DNA of 33,361 bases. Source: a virus (taxonomy: Duplodnaviria > Caudoviricetes). The stretch spans positions 1 through 33,361 of IMG/VR virus record IMGVR_UViG_3300033076_000766. The stretch is one strand, 5' to 3'. The notes below the pieces were generated by a model that saw only the letters and a list, made by a program, of their open reading frames with translations, did no database searches and was not told where the DNA came from. A program made the translations under genes and the position numbers. Below are positions 26,151-33,361 of the stretch, one piece after another (the first letter of the stretch is position 1; each line of letters opens with the position of its first letter).

Positions 26151-26639
26151 TCAATCGTTTCCCATTTCCTGGTCGATCAGCAGCACGCCACAGGCGTCGC
26201 CTTCGACACGCTCCAGACGGGCCAGGAGGTCGCCATATTCGCCGACCGACTTGCGCTGGATTTCCAGGAATTGCAGGAGGTGCTGCTGAGTGAGCACATC
26301 CACTTGGCCGTACCAGGTGGCGTAGTCGCTCTGTAGCGCGAATTCGGTGTCATAGGCGAGCTGCAAGGCGTCGCGCAGTGAGCCCACGGGGTCCACGGCA
26401 TCAGCCAAGGCCGGCAGGCCAGCGACACCGCCACGGTCGTTGATGTAGTCGACATGGCGCTGGTAGTGGGTCAGCTCGTCAGCGCTCTCGCTCAAAAAGA
26501 ACTTCTGCGCGCCGAAGTAGCCCAGGCGCTGCAGCTGGTTGGCCACGTGCTTGTAGAGGTGCGAGGCAAACAGCTCGGCGTGCACGGCATCGGACAGGAT
26601 GGCTTCGACTTCCGGGGTCAGTTGGTTGGGTACGGGCAT
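26151..26639 (-). CDS. ftn: ferritin (four-helix, ferroxidase centre conserved)
   Basis: E22, Y29, D54/E55, H58 and E99 match E. coli FtnA E17/Y24/E49/E50/H53/E94 with a constant +5 offset; Q128 matches Q127. Also KFF, YINDRGG and LLIDQEM (helix E). SD GGAG. Confidence 0.9.
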   Translation of the reverse strand: MPVPNQLTPEVEAILSDAVHAELFASHLYKHVANQLQRLGYFGAQKFFLSESADELTHYQRHVDYINDRGGVAGLPALADAVDPVGSLRDALQLAYDTEFALQSDYATWYGQVDVLTQQHLLQFLEIQRKSVGEYGDLLARLERVEGDACGVLLIDQEMGND

Positions 26640-26651
26640 GATCTCTCCAGG

Positions 26652-28322
26652 TCAGGTGCTGGCGCGCACGGCCTGAGCGCGGCGCAGGCCACGCAGGGCG
26701 TCGGCCTGCTCGTCGTTTTCGTTGTCGTCGTTCTGGGCTGGCGCTGGCGCGGGTGCATCAGGCAAGGCGGGCATTCCAGGCGTGCCAGGTGGAGGCGCAA
26801 CGGGCGCCTGCAGGCCGCTCTCGACGCGCTCCTCGGTGATGCGGACATTCTCGCGGTGCTTGTCGTCCCAATCTCCGCCGTCATAGGCGCTGATTTCCTC
26901 GGCCAGCGTTGTGAGGCCCATGTCCACACGGGCCTTGGCGGCTTGCACTTCCTTGAGCGGGTCGATGGCGCCGGGCCCGTCACCGCTCCACTGCGCACCG
27001 GTCCAAGCCATGCGAACAGCGGGGTCCGCAAAGAAACCAGGTGCGCTGATGCGGCCAGAGGCCACGGCGTCGGCGAGCCATTCCTCGTAGACGGGCTGGC
27101 AGAACTTCACGGCCAGCCATTCGCGGCGGATTTTGAACGTGCGCCAGGCATCGAGCAGGGCCGCGCGGGCCGCGCTGTAGCTCGACTGGAAGTGCTTGGT
27201 CAGCACCTCCTTGGGGATGTTCAGCGCCATGCCGATCTGGGTCATCACGGCATTGACGAAGGGGTCGAAATTCGGATTGGGGCGGCCCATGTCGGGCGAC
27301 TGGATTTCTTCGCCGGGCAACAGGTTGACGGCCGCGCCGGACTTGATCGTGCCGTCCCAGCGCTTGGCGGCGTCGATGTAGGACTGCTGCGCGCCGTCGT
27401 CGAAGGTGTCGGCGAAGGTGTCGGGGTCCATCTTTACGAACATGGCGAACACCGCGCTGTTCACGGCTGCATCCACCTCGGCGGTGCTGTAGCGGGTGAG
27501 CTGCTTGAGCAGTTCGATGATGGGCGCCAGTGCAGGCACGCCTCGGGTCTGACCGGGGCGCAGCTTGCGCATCAGGTGCAGCACGTTGCGGCGACCGGAC
27601 TTGCCGCGCATAGCGACGCGCGTCCACTTGAAGTCGGTCGGCGTGATGTAGCGGCCGGGGTGTCGGTTGCAGACATGAATGGCGACAGGAAAGTGCGACT
27701 TGTCGCGCTCGATGCCTGCCGTCATGTCGTCGGTGTCGGCCACCCAGCCTGGATTGCTGACACGATCGGCCTCGATGATCTGCACGGCCAGTGAGTAGGG
27801 CCAGTCGGGACGCTTGACCTGCGCCAGCACCACGAAGGCGTCGCCACTCTCGAGGTGCGTGCGGAAAGCGAGGTCCTGCATTTCGGCCCAATTCTGCTGG
27901 CCGTAGGCGTCGGCATATTCGCTCATGGCCCACAGGCAGAACTCGCGCTCGACGTTATCCTGCCATTCCTCGGCGGCCTCTGCGTCGAGGCCGAGGCGGT
28001 CGGCATCGATGCGGGAAATCAGGCGCAGGCCTGAGCCCACGACGTTGGTGACTTCGGTCTCAATCGCGCCGCCGGCAATGGCCGAATTGCGCACCAGGTC
28101 ACGCGAGCGGGCGCGCAGCTCGCGCAGGTCGCGCAGCGTGTCGGCGTCACTGTCGCCAATGCCGGGTTGGAAATACGCCAGGCGCTCGTGGTAGCCGGCG
28201 CCGCTGTAGCCGCCACCCCCTGCTGATGCGCTGATGCGGGCCTTGTAACGGTTGCCGGCGGCATTCGGGCTGAATACCGCGATGGCGCGTTCGACAAAGT
28301 TGGGCGGTGGTAATTTTTTCAT
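26652..28322 (-). CDS. portal protein, lambda gpB family
   Basis: LRARSRDLVRN, RPGQTRGVPAL, SSYSAARAALL, IDPLKEVQA. Start re-assigned to ATG 28322. Pro/Asp-rich C-terminal tail. Confidence 0.95.
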   Translation of the reverse strand: MKKLPPPNFVERAIAVFSPNAAGNRYKARISASAGGGGYSGAGYHERLAYFQPGIGDSDADTLRDLRELRARSRDLVRNSAIAGGAIETEVTNVVGSGLRLISRIDADRLGLDAEAAEEWQDNVEREFCLWAMSEYADAYGQQNWAEMQDLAFRTHLESGDAFVVLAQVKRPDWPYSLAVQIIEADRVSNPGWVADTDDMTAGIERDKSHFPVAIHVCNRHPGRYITPTDFKWTRVAMRGKSGRRNVLHLMRKLRPGQTRGVPALAPIIELLKQLTRYSTAEVDAAVNSAVFAMFVKMDPDTFADTFDDGAQQSYIDAAKRWDGTIKSGAAVNLLPGEEIQSPDMGRPNPNFDPFVNAVMTQIGMALNIPKEVLTKHFQSSYSAARAALLDAWRTFKIRREWLAVKFCQPVYEEWLADAVASGRISAPGFFADPAVRMAWTGAQWSGDGPGAIDPLKEVQAAKARVDMGLTTLAEEISAYDGGDWDDKHRENVRITEERVESGLQAPVAPPPGTPGMPALPDAPAPAPAQNDDNENDEQADALRGLRRAQAVRAST

Positions 28323-28324
28323 GC

Positions 28325-28552
28325 TCAAAAGTTCGGACGGGGCACGATGGCGGCACTGCGGCCGGCAGCTCGGGCGCTCAGGCGCTTGACGCGCTGGTCC
28401 CACACGTTGATGCCCGCCTGAATTTCGGCGAGGTTGGCTCGCTGGAGCATGCGACCTTCAATTTCGTACCGTTGACCGGACAAAACGGCAGTCTCGGCCG
28501 CCAGATAGGCTTCCAGTTTTGCTTGTGCGATTGCGAGGGTAATTCCAGCCAT
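28325..28552 (-). CDS. head completion/adaptor protein (gpW-like)
   Basis: AYLAAETAVLSGQRYEIEGRMLQRANLAEI; between TerL and portal. Confidence 0.85.
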   Translation of the reverse strand: MAGITLAIAQAKLEAYLAAETAVLSGQRYEIEGRMLQRANLAEIQAGINVWDQRVKRLSARAAGRSAAIVPRPNF

Positions 28553-28560
28553 TTGGGCCC

Positions 28561-28857
28561 CTATTCTGAACTGTTCGGCGTCTCAGCGCCCGGCTTCTTG
28601 CGATTTTTGCGACCCAGCATTCGGTAAATCGTTGCCCGAGACAGTCCGACCTCGGCCGCAATCGTGGCCACGGGCTTTCTCTGCCTCAATCCGGCGTCAA
28701 TCTGGTCGATTGTGACCGGTGCACGCGGCTGGATGCGCATCGCAGTGCCACCAAACTCACGCCTGATGGCCTGATCGGCACGCGAAAGCGTGACGGCGTC
28801 GACCTTGGCGACTGTTCCGACGATTTCGAGGATTTGCTGCACTGCATCTGGCTTCAT
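28561..28857 (-). CDS. HTH DNA-binding protein (Mor-like candidate late regulator)
   Basis: IRREFGGT followed by VATIAAEVGLSRATIYRML. ATG 28857 is coupled to the TerL stop (ATGA). Confidence 0.7.
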   Translation of the reverse strand: MKPDAVQQILEIVGTVAKVDAVTLSRADQAIRREFGGTAMRIQPRAPVTIDQIDAGLRQRKPVATIAAEVGLSRATIYRMLGRKNRKKPGAETPNSSE

Positions 28858-30818
28858 GCTGACCGCCCCCACCCGCTTAGGTTGACCCGACCGGCGACAA
28901 CCGATGCCGGTGTCACCTCGCTTGCTGTATCTCCGTCAGATTTTACGGTATTTGCGGCGCCCGTAACTAGCCTGTGAGCCATTTGCATGTAAAACGTTGC
29001 CCGATTGTGTCGGGTTTTCACGTATTCCAGGGCTGCCAGCGCCAGAACTTCGCAGTCCAAGTCTTCGTTGTATTCGCTGTCCTTCTTGACCCAGACCCGC
29101 TTGGGGAAACCATTGACCAGCTTGACCACCTGGCGCTCGCTGGTGAGCTGTTTCCAGTAGTCGGCATCGAGGCCGAGCGGCCAGTGCATCACGCCGGCAC
29201 CCGTCGGGGCGTCCATGCGCAGCCGCGCGTAAATCAGCGCCTTGCCGGTGTCGCTGCCGACCGGCCACAGGTCCACGCCGCGCTTGATCTTCTGCTGGCG
29301 GATGTTGATGTCTTGCTTGGTCGGCTTACCGAGCAGCGCTTTGCCGGGGATGCTCTGGCCCTTGGTGGCCAGCACGTGGCGGGCGCGGTTGCTGCGCGCG
29401 AAGGCGTAGACCAAATGCGTGGTTTCGCCGTCGCCCGAATCGATCGCGGCCGCATAGGGCCGGAGCATGCCGCCACCGGCCACGGGGTATTCCTGGTTGA
29501 TGGCTTCGAGCACCTGGCGCCACAGCTCGGGCTGGGTCTGGTCGCCGTGAATGATCTTGCGGTCTACCAGCCAGCTCTCGTCCCCCTCGCCCCAGGCGCG
29601 AATGATGATCTGCGCGTAGCCACCTGCTCGGCGCTGCAAGTCGATGCCGGCCGTGAGCACCACGCCGCCGGCGGGCACCTCGCCCAGGCTGTAGCCACCG
29701 GCGCGGCTCTGCAGGCCGTCTGAATCGAGGCGGACCGTGTTCTGGTCCTCCCAGGTCTCGGCCAGCACGGTGTTGACGAACACTTTGAGTTGCGCGGGGT
29801 CGCCGGCGCAGGCCTCGAACTCCTGCAGGACCTCGGCCCATGATTTCCAGCCCAGCGGCGAGTAGAGCGAGGACAGGTGATAGCCGCGCGTCTTGCCGTC
29901 GCCAGTTGCGGTGGGCAGCCACTCGCCACCGAGCAGCATCTTGGTCTTGTGGTGCTCCTCGATGATGGCGCCGCAGTCGTCGCCGGCGCACTTGTAGCCG
30001 GCCTGGGTCTTGCCCTCATCCATCCAGATCAGGCGGTATTCGCGCGCCCTGGGGTCGTTCTGTACATCGTCGGAGTAGCCGCGCCAGCGCAGCCACTGGC
30101 GGTGGCCGCAATGGGGGCAGGACACAAAAAACCGGCGCTTGTCGCTGCGCTCAAATTCCTTCTCGATGCGGCTAACGTCCTTGACCGTGGGCGTGCTCGT
30201 GATGAGCACCTTGCGGCGACGGCCGAAGGTGGTGGTCCGCTTGATGGCCAGCGATACGGGGTCGCCTTCGTCATCGACGTCGAGCGGATAGGCGTCGACC
30301 TCATCGAGGAACAGGTAGCGCGCTGGCATCGAGCGCAGGCCGCTGGCGCTGTTGGCACCGGCGAGCACCAGGACGCCGCCGGGGAATTCCTTGCTCAGCA
30401 GCGTGTTGCCGCTGTCGCGGCTGCGGGCCTGCTGGAAGCGGTCACGCAGCGCCGGCGTCTGGTCGATCATGTCGGACAGGCGCTGCTTGCTGAGACGCTT
30501 GGCCATGTCCACGGTGGGCTGCACGGCCATCATGGGGCCCGGCGCGTGATGCGCGACGTAGCCAATCCAGTTGTTGCCGGTTTCGGTCTTACTGGTCTGC
30601 GCGCCCCACATCAGCACCACCACCTCGGTGGGGTCCGACACCGACAGGCTGTCCATGGGCTCGCGCGCATACGGGGCGCGGTCGGTGCGCCAGTCGCCAG
30701 GCTCGGCCGAGGACTTGCTGCCGAGCTTTCTGTGCTGGTCGGCCCACTGGCTGACGGTCAGGCGCGGGTCAGGGGTCCAGCCATCGGACCACCCTGCGAC
30801 AAAGGCATCCCGTTTCAT
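28854..30818 (-). CDS. terL: terminase large subunit, lambda gpA family
   Basis: TVSQWAD, GAQTSKTE, FLDEVD (Walker B), STPT, CPHC, SSLYSP, AGIDLQ, IDSG. Start ATG 30818 (ATGA with TerS). Confidence 0.97.
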   Translation of the reverse strand: MKRDAFVAGWSDGWTPDPRLTVSQWADQHRKLGSKSSAEPGDWRTDRAPYAREPMDSLSVSDPTEVVVLMWGAQTSKTETGNNWIGYVAHHAPGPMMAVQPTVDMAKRLSKQRLSDMIDQTPALRDRFQQARSRDSGNTLLSKEFPGGVLVLAGANSASGLRSMPARYLFLDEVDAYPLDVDDEGDPVSLAIKRTTTFGRRRKVLITSTPTVKDVSRIEKEFERSDKRRFFVSCPHCGHRQWLRWRGYSDDVQNDPRAREYRLIWMDEGKTQAGYKCAGDDCGAIIEEHHKTKMLLGGEWLPTATGDGKTRGYHLSSLYSPLGWKSWAEVLQEFEACAGDPAQLKVFVNTVLAETWEDQNTVRLDSDGLQSRAGGYSLGEVPAGGVVLTAGIDLQRRAGGYAQIIIRAWGEGDESWLVDRKIIHGDQTQPELWRQVLEAINQEYPVAGGGMLRPYAAAIDSGDGETTHLVYAFARSNRARHVLATKGQSIPGKALLGKPTKQDINIRQQKIKRGVDLWPVGSDTGKALIYARLRMDAPTGAGVMHWPLGLDADYWKQLTSERQVVKLVNGFPKRVWVKKDSEYNEDLDCEVLALAALEYVKTRHNRATFYMQMAHRLVTGAANTVKSDGDTASEVTPASVVAGRVNLSGWGRSA

Positions 30819-31405
30819 GCGGCCTGGGCGTCCTGCGCGATGCGCAGGCACGTGCGTTCAATGTCCTCGATGAGCAGGCGGTGCACCTCCTGCACATCGG
30901 TGCTGCTGGCCAGGATGGGCGCCAGGCGGTCGGGCATCGTCAGCAGCGCATCACGCGCGCTGCGGGCCATCCTGAATGCGCGCGCCTTGACCTGGTCGGC
31001 CTCGATGAGCTTGCCCACCTTCTGCTCGTATTCGAGCTTGGCCAGGCGAGCCTGGTACACCTCGCGCACCGCACGGCTGGTGGCCAGCGACGGAGCAGCG
31101 CCAGCCACACTGGCCTCGTTCTCGGCCTCATCCGATGTGGTGCTGAGCCTCACCTCTGGCGGCGCGTCGTCGGTGTAGCCCTTGCGGCGCTCGCTGCCCT
31201 GGCTGCCCACGTGCGTGCGCCGGCCGGCGTCGGTGTTGCTCATCCATTCGTCGCGCACTTTTGGCCAGGCCATCAGCGGGCGGTCGTTCTTCGGGTGACG
31301 CGACGCGATGCTGACGCGCCCCGCCTTGATCGCCTTGTGCACGGCTGTGTCCGAGACGCCCAGGCGGCGGGCGGCTTCTCGGACGGCAATCAGCTCCTGC
31401 GTCAT
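30815..31405 (-). CDS. terS: terminase small subunit (Nu1-like)
   Basis: N-terminal HTH (REAARRLGVSDTAVHKAIKAGR), ARLAKLEYEQKVGKLI, RDALLTMPDRLAP. Confidence 0.88.
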   Translation of the reverse strand: MTQELIAVREAARRLGVSDTAVHKAIKAGRVSIASRHPKNDRPLMAWPKVRDEWMSNTDAGRRTHVGSQGSERRKGYTDDAPPEVRLSTTSDEAENEASVAGAAPSLATSRAVREVYQARLAKLEYEQKVGKLIEADQVKARAFRMARSARDALLTMPDRLAPILASSTDVQEVHRLLIEDIERTCLRIAQDAQAA

Positions 31406-32751
31406 GCCGTCCGTTGGGCGGCGAACGTGTCGTCATTCGCTGCCGTCAAGCGCTGGGCGCTCATGGTTTCAAACGTGCGGCCGTTGCTCTCCATCGTCGC
31501 GGCCTTGCCGGTGTAGTCCTGCCACCGGCGCACGATCACATCGACGTAGGTTGGCTCCAGCTCCATCACCCGAGCCGCGCGGCGGTTCTTCTCGGCCGCG
31601 ATCAGCGTGGACCCGCTGCCACCGAACAGGTCGAGCACTACCTGGCGCTCGCGGCTGCTGTTCAGGATGGCCGCCTCGCACAGCGCGACGGGCTTCATGG
31701 TGGGGTGCAAATCGTTGACCGCCGTGCGCGCGATTTCCCACACGCTGGGCACGGCCACCTCGACCACATCGACGGCGCCCTTGGGCCCATAGAAAACGTG
31801 GTCATGCGACCAGCCGTAGAGGACCGGCTCATAGTCCGAGCGCCAGCCAAAGATGATGGGCTCGTAGATCGACTTGTAGTCGCTGTTGGACAGGTTGAGG
31901 TGGTTCTTTTTCCACACGATCAGGTTGCGCCAGCGCAGGCCGGCGGCGGTGAGCGCGGCCATCATGCGATCGATGCCGAGCCGGTGAAAACAGATATACC
32001 AGGCGCCCTGGCAGTGCTCGGCCACGGCCGACGCGATCTCGCGCAGGAAGGCGTCGCCTTCCGAGCGGCCCAGGTTGTCGTTCAGGATGGGCCGGTGGCG
32101 GCCGTTGGCGTTGCCCTCGCCATCGATGGCGCCCTGGTAGTTCATGAGATACGGCGGGTCGGTGAACACCATGTCCGCCTGGTTGCCCTGCATGAGCGCG
32201 GCCAGGTGGCCGGCATCGGTGCTGCTGCCGCACATCACGCGATGGCCACCCAGCAGCCAGACGTCGCCCAGGCGCGACACCGCCACGACGGGCACCGCCG
32301 GCACGGCGTCGGGGTCCGTCTGGGGCTCGGGCCCGCAGTCGATCGGCGCCAGCAGGTCGGCCAGCTCGTCATCGCTGAAACCGGTGAGCGCCAGGTCGAA
32401 GCCCTCGGCCTCCAAGGCGCTCAGCTCCTCAGCCAGCAGCTCGTCATCCCACCCGGCGTCGAGCGCCAGGCGGTTGTCGGCCAGGATGTAGGCGCGGCGC
32501 TGGGCATCGGTCAGGTGGTCGAGGACGATCACCGGCACTTCGGTGAGGCCAAGCTGCTTGGCTGCCTCCAATCGACCATGGCCGGCCACGATGCTGTCGC
32601 CGCTGGCCACCAGGATGGGCTGAGTAAATCCAAACTCCGCCATGGAGGCGGCAATCTTGGCTATCTGCTCGGGGCTGTGGGTGCGGGCGTTGCGCTCATA
32701 GGGCCGCAAACGTTCAACCGGCCACAACTCAATGCGTGATGCGAGGTTCAT
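31402..32751 (-). CDS. ParB-like N-domain fused to N6/N4 DNA methyltransferase
   Basis: PYERNARTHS..FGFTQPI..AGHGRL..ADNRL (ParB-like); FTDPPY, HPTMKP, DLFGGSGSTLIA (beta-class MTase). Confidence 0.95.
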   Translation of the reverse strand: MNLASRIELWPVERLRPYERNARTHSPEQIAKIAASMAEFGFTQPILVASGDSIVAGHGRLEAAKQLGLTEVPVIVLDHLTDAQRRAYILADNRLALDAGWDDELLAEELSALEAEGFDLALTGFSDDELADLLAPIDCGPEPQTDPDAVPAVPVVAVSRLGDVWLLGGHRVMCGSSTDAGHLAALMQGNQADMVFTDPPYLMNYQGAIDGEGNANGRHRPILNDNLGRSEGDAFLREIASAVAEHCQGAWYICFHRLGIDRMMAALTAAGLRWRNLIVWKKNHLNLSNSDYKSIYEPIIFGWRSDYEPVLYGWSHDHVFYGPKGAVDVVEVAVPSVWEIARTAVNDLHPTMKPVALCEAAILNSSRERQVVLDLFGGSGSTLIAAEKNRRAARVMELEPTYVDVIVRRWQDYTGKAATMESNGRTFETMSAQRLTAANDDTFAAQRTA

Positions 32752-32797
32752 GGCGCGATTCTAACGGTTTGCAAACCTGGGTTGCAATCTGTAACCC
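32752..32797. promoter_or_regulatory. leftward sigma70-like promoter with palindromic operator
   Basis: Minus strand TTGCAA(32782-87)-18 nt-TAGAAT(32758-63)-6 nt-ATG. Perfect palindrome GGTTTGCAAACC at 32766-32777 in the spacer; imperfect inverted repeat at 32779-32797. Confidence 0.6.
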
Positions 32798-32833
32798 TTT
32801 GCCATGTCAATGATTTCCCGGAGGGCCAGGTTC

Positions 32834-33283
32834 ATGAGGCTCGAGTGCGGATGTGCGACACCTGAGCAGCTCAGGGCAGACGGTCCATCGGTCGAGGTCG
32901 ACATTCACGCGCCTGACGGCGAGCTGCTGCGCACGGTCACGGCGCTGCTCGACACGGGGTCGGGCGTCACGGTGATCAACATCAACCTGGCGACCGAGTT
33001 GAAGCTGCCCGAGGGCGAGCGCCACGTCACCGAAGCGATCGGCGGAAAGCACGAGGGCACGCTGTTCGGCGCATGGGTCGTGCACCAGGGCATCGACGTC
33101 GGACTGCGTGGCCAGTTCCTGGGCGTCAGGATGGAGCCGCCGCTGATCTTGGGGCGCGATTTTCTGTCTGCGTGCCGCATGGACTATGACGGCGCGACCG
33201 GGCGGGTGTCGCTTCGTCGGTCATCAAGCGCCAGCCGTGAGCGTCAGCCCGTTGCGGGCACCGCGCCGTCGTCCATTGGCTGA
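32834..33283 (+). CDS. retropepsin-like (clan AA) aspartic protease
   Basis: ALLDTGSGVTVI catalytic motif, flap-like EAIGG, ILGRDFL. SD GGAGG at 32820-32824 before ATG 32834. Confidence 0.8.
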   Translation: MRLECGCATPEQLRADGPSVEVDIHAPDGELLRTVTALLDTGSGVTVININLATELKLPEGERHVTEAIGGKHEGTLFGAWVVHQGIDVGLRGQFLGVRMEPPLILGRDFLSACRMDYDGATGRVSLRRSSSASRERQPVAGTAPSSIG

Positions 33284-33361
33284 TTGTCGCCGGCAGGCCC
33301 ACCCAAAGACAAACCCCGCCGAAACCCTGACGCTAGACAAATATCGGGGTCGCGCGTCACC

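Larger units (their letters stand above)
1..33361. mobile_element. temperate lambda-like siphophage genome segment, apparently non-integrated configuration
   Basis: Continuous phage gene content; phage genes on both sides of the att core; no host genes in the window. Confidence 0.9.

Noticed and set aside
21562-26639. Ferritin plus HK97-fold shell as a true encapsulin operon
   Set aside because: The shell gene is part of a complete phage head-tail module with portal and terminase, and no encapsulin targeting peptide is evident on the ferritin; kept only as an analogy.
31402-32751. ParB-MTase as a restriction-modification or partition system
   Set aside because: No cognate nuclease or ParA in the window; orphan ParB-MTase fusions upstream of terminase are common in temperate phages.

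Overview
The whole window is one contiguous segment of a GC-rich temperate, lambda-like siphophage genome, probably infecting a betaproteobacterium (inference). Most genes are on the minus strand. Read right to left: a possible packaging region and a divergent retropepsin-like protease; ParB-methyltransferase, TerS, TerL (gpA type), an HTH protein, gpW-like and portal; an unusual post-portal insert (ferritin plus three putative fibre/appendage genes); S49 protease with nested scaffold, cement and major capsid; neck, tail tube, G/GT chaperones with a -1 slippery site, tape measure and lambda-like M-L-K-I-J; two accessory fibres; an inverted gpZ-like gene; an expanded lysis cassette (five membrane proteins, a signal-peptide transglycosylase, Rz/Rz1); an apparently intact attP whose core resembles a tRNA-Asn 3' end; a tyrosine integrase; HTH and ssb; and a RecE-like nuclease with a truncated Sak4-like ATPase. 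The strongest novelty candidates are the ferritin in the head-morphogenesis operon, the DUF4337-like membrane cluster in the lysis cassette, the retropepsin, and a 33-aa membrane peptide antisense to the integrase. All family assignments come from motif recognition by eye; no database search was run.
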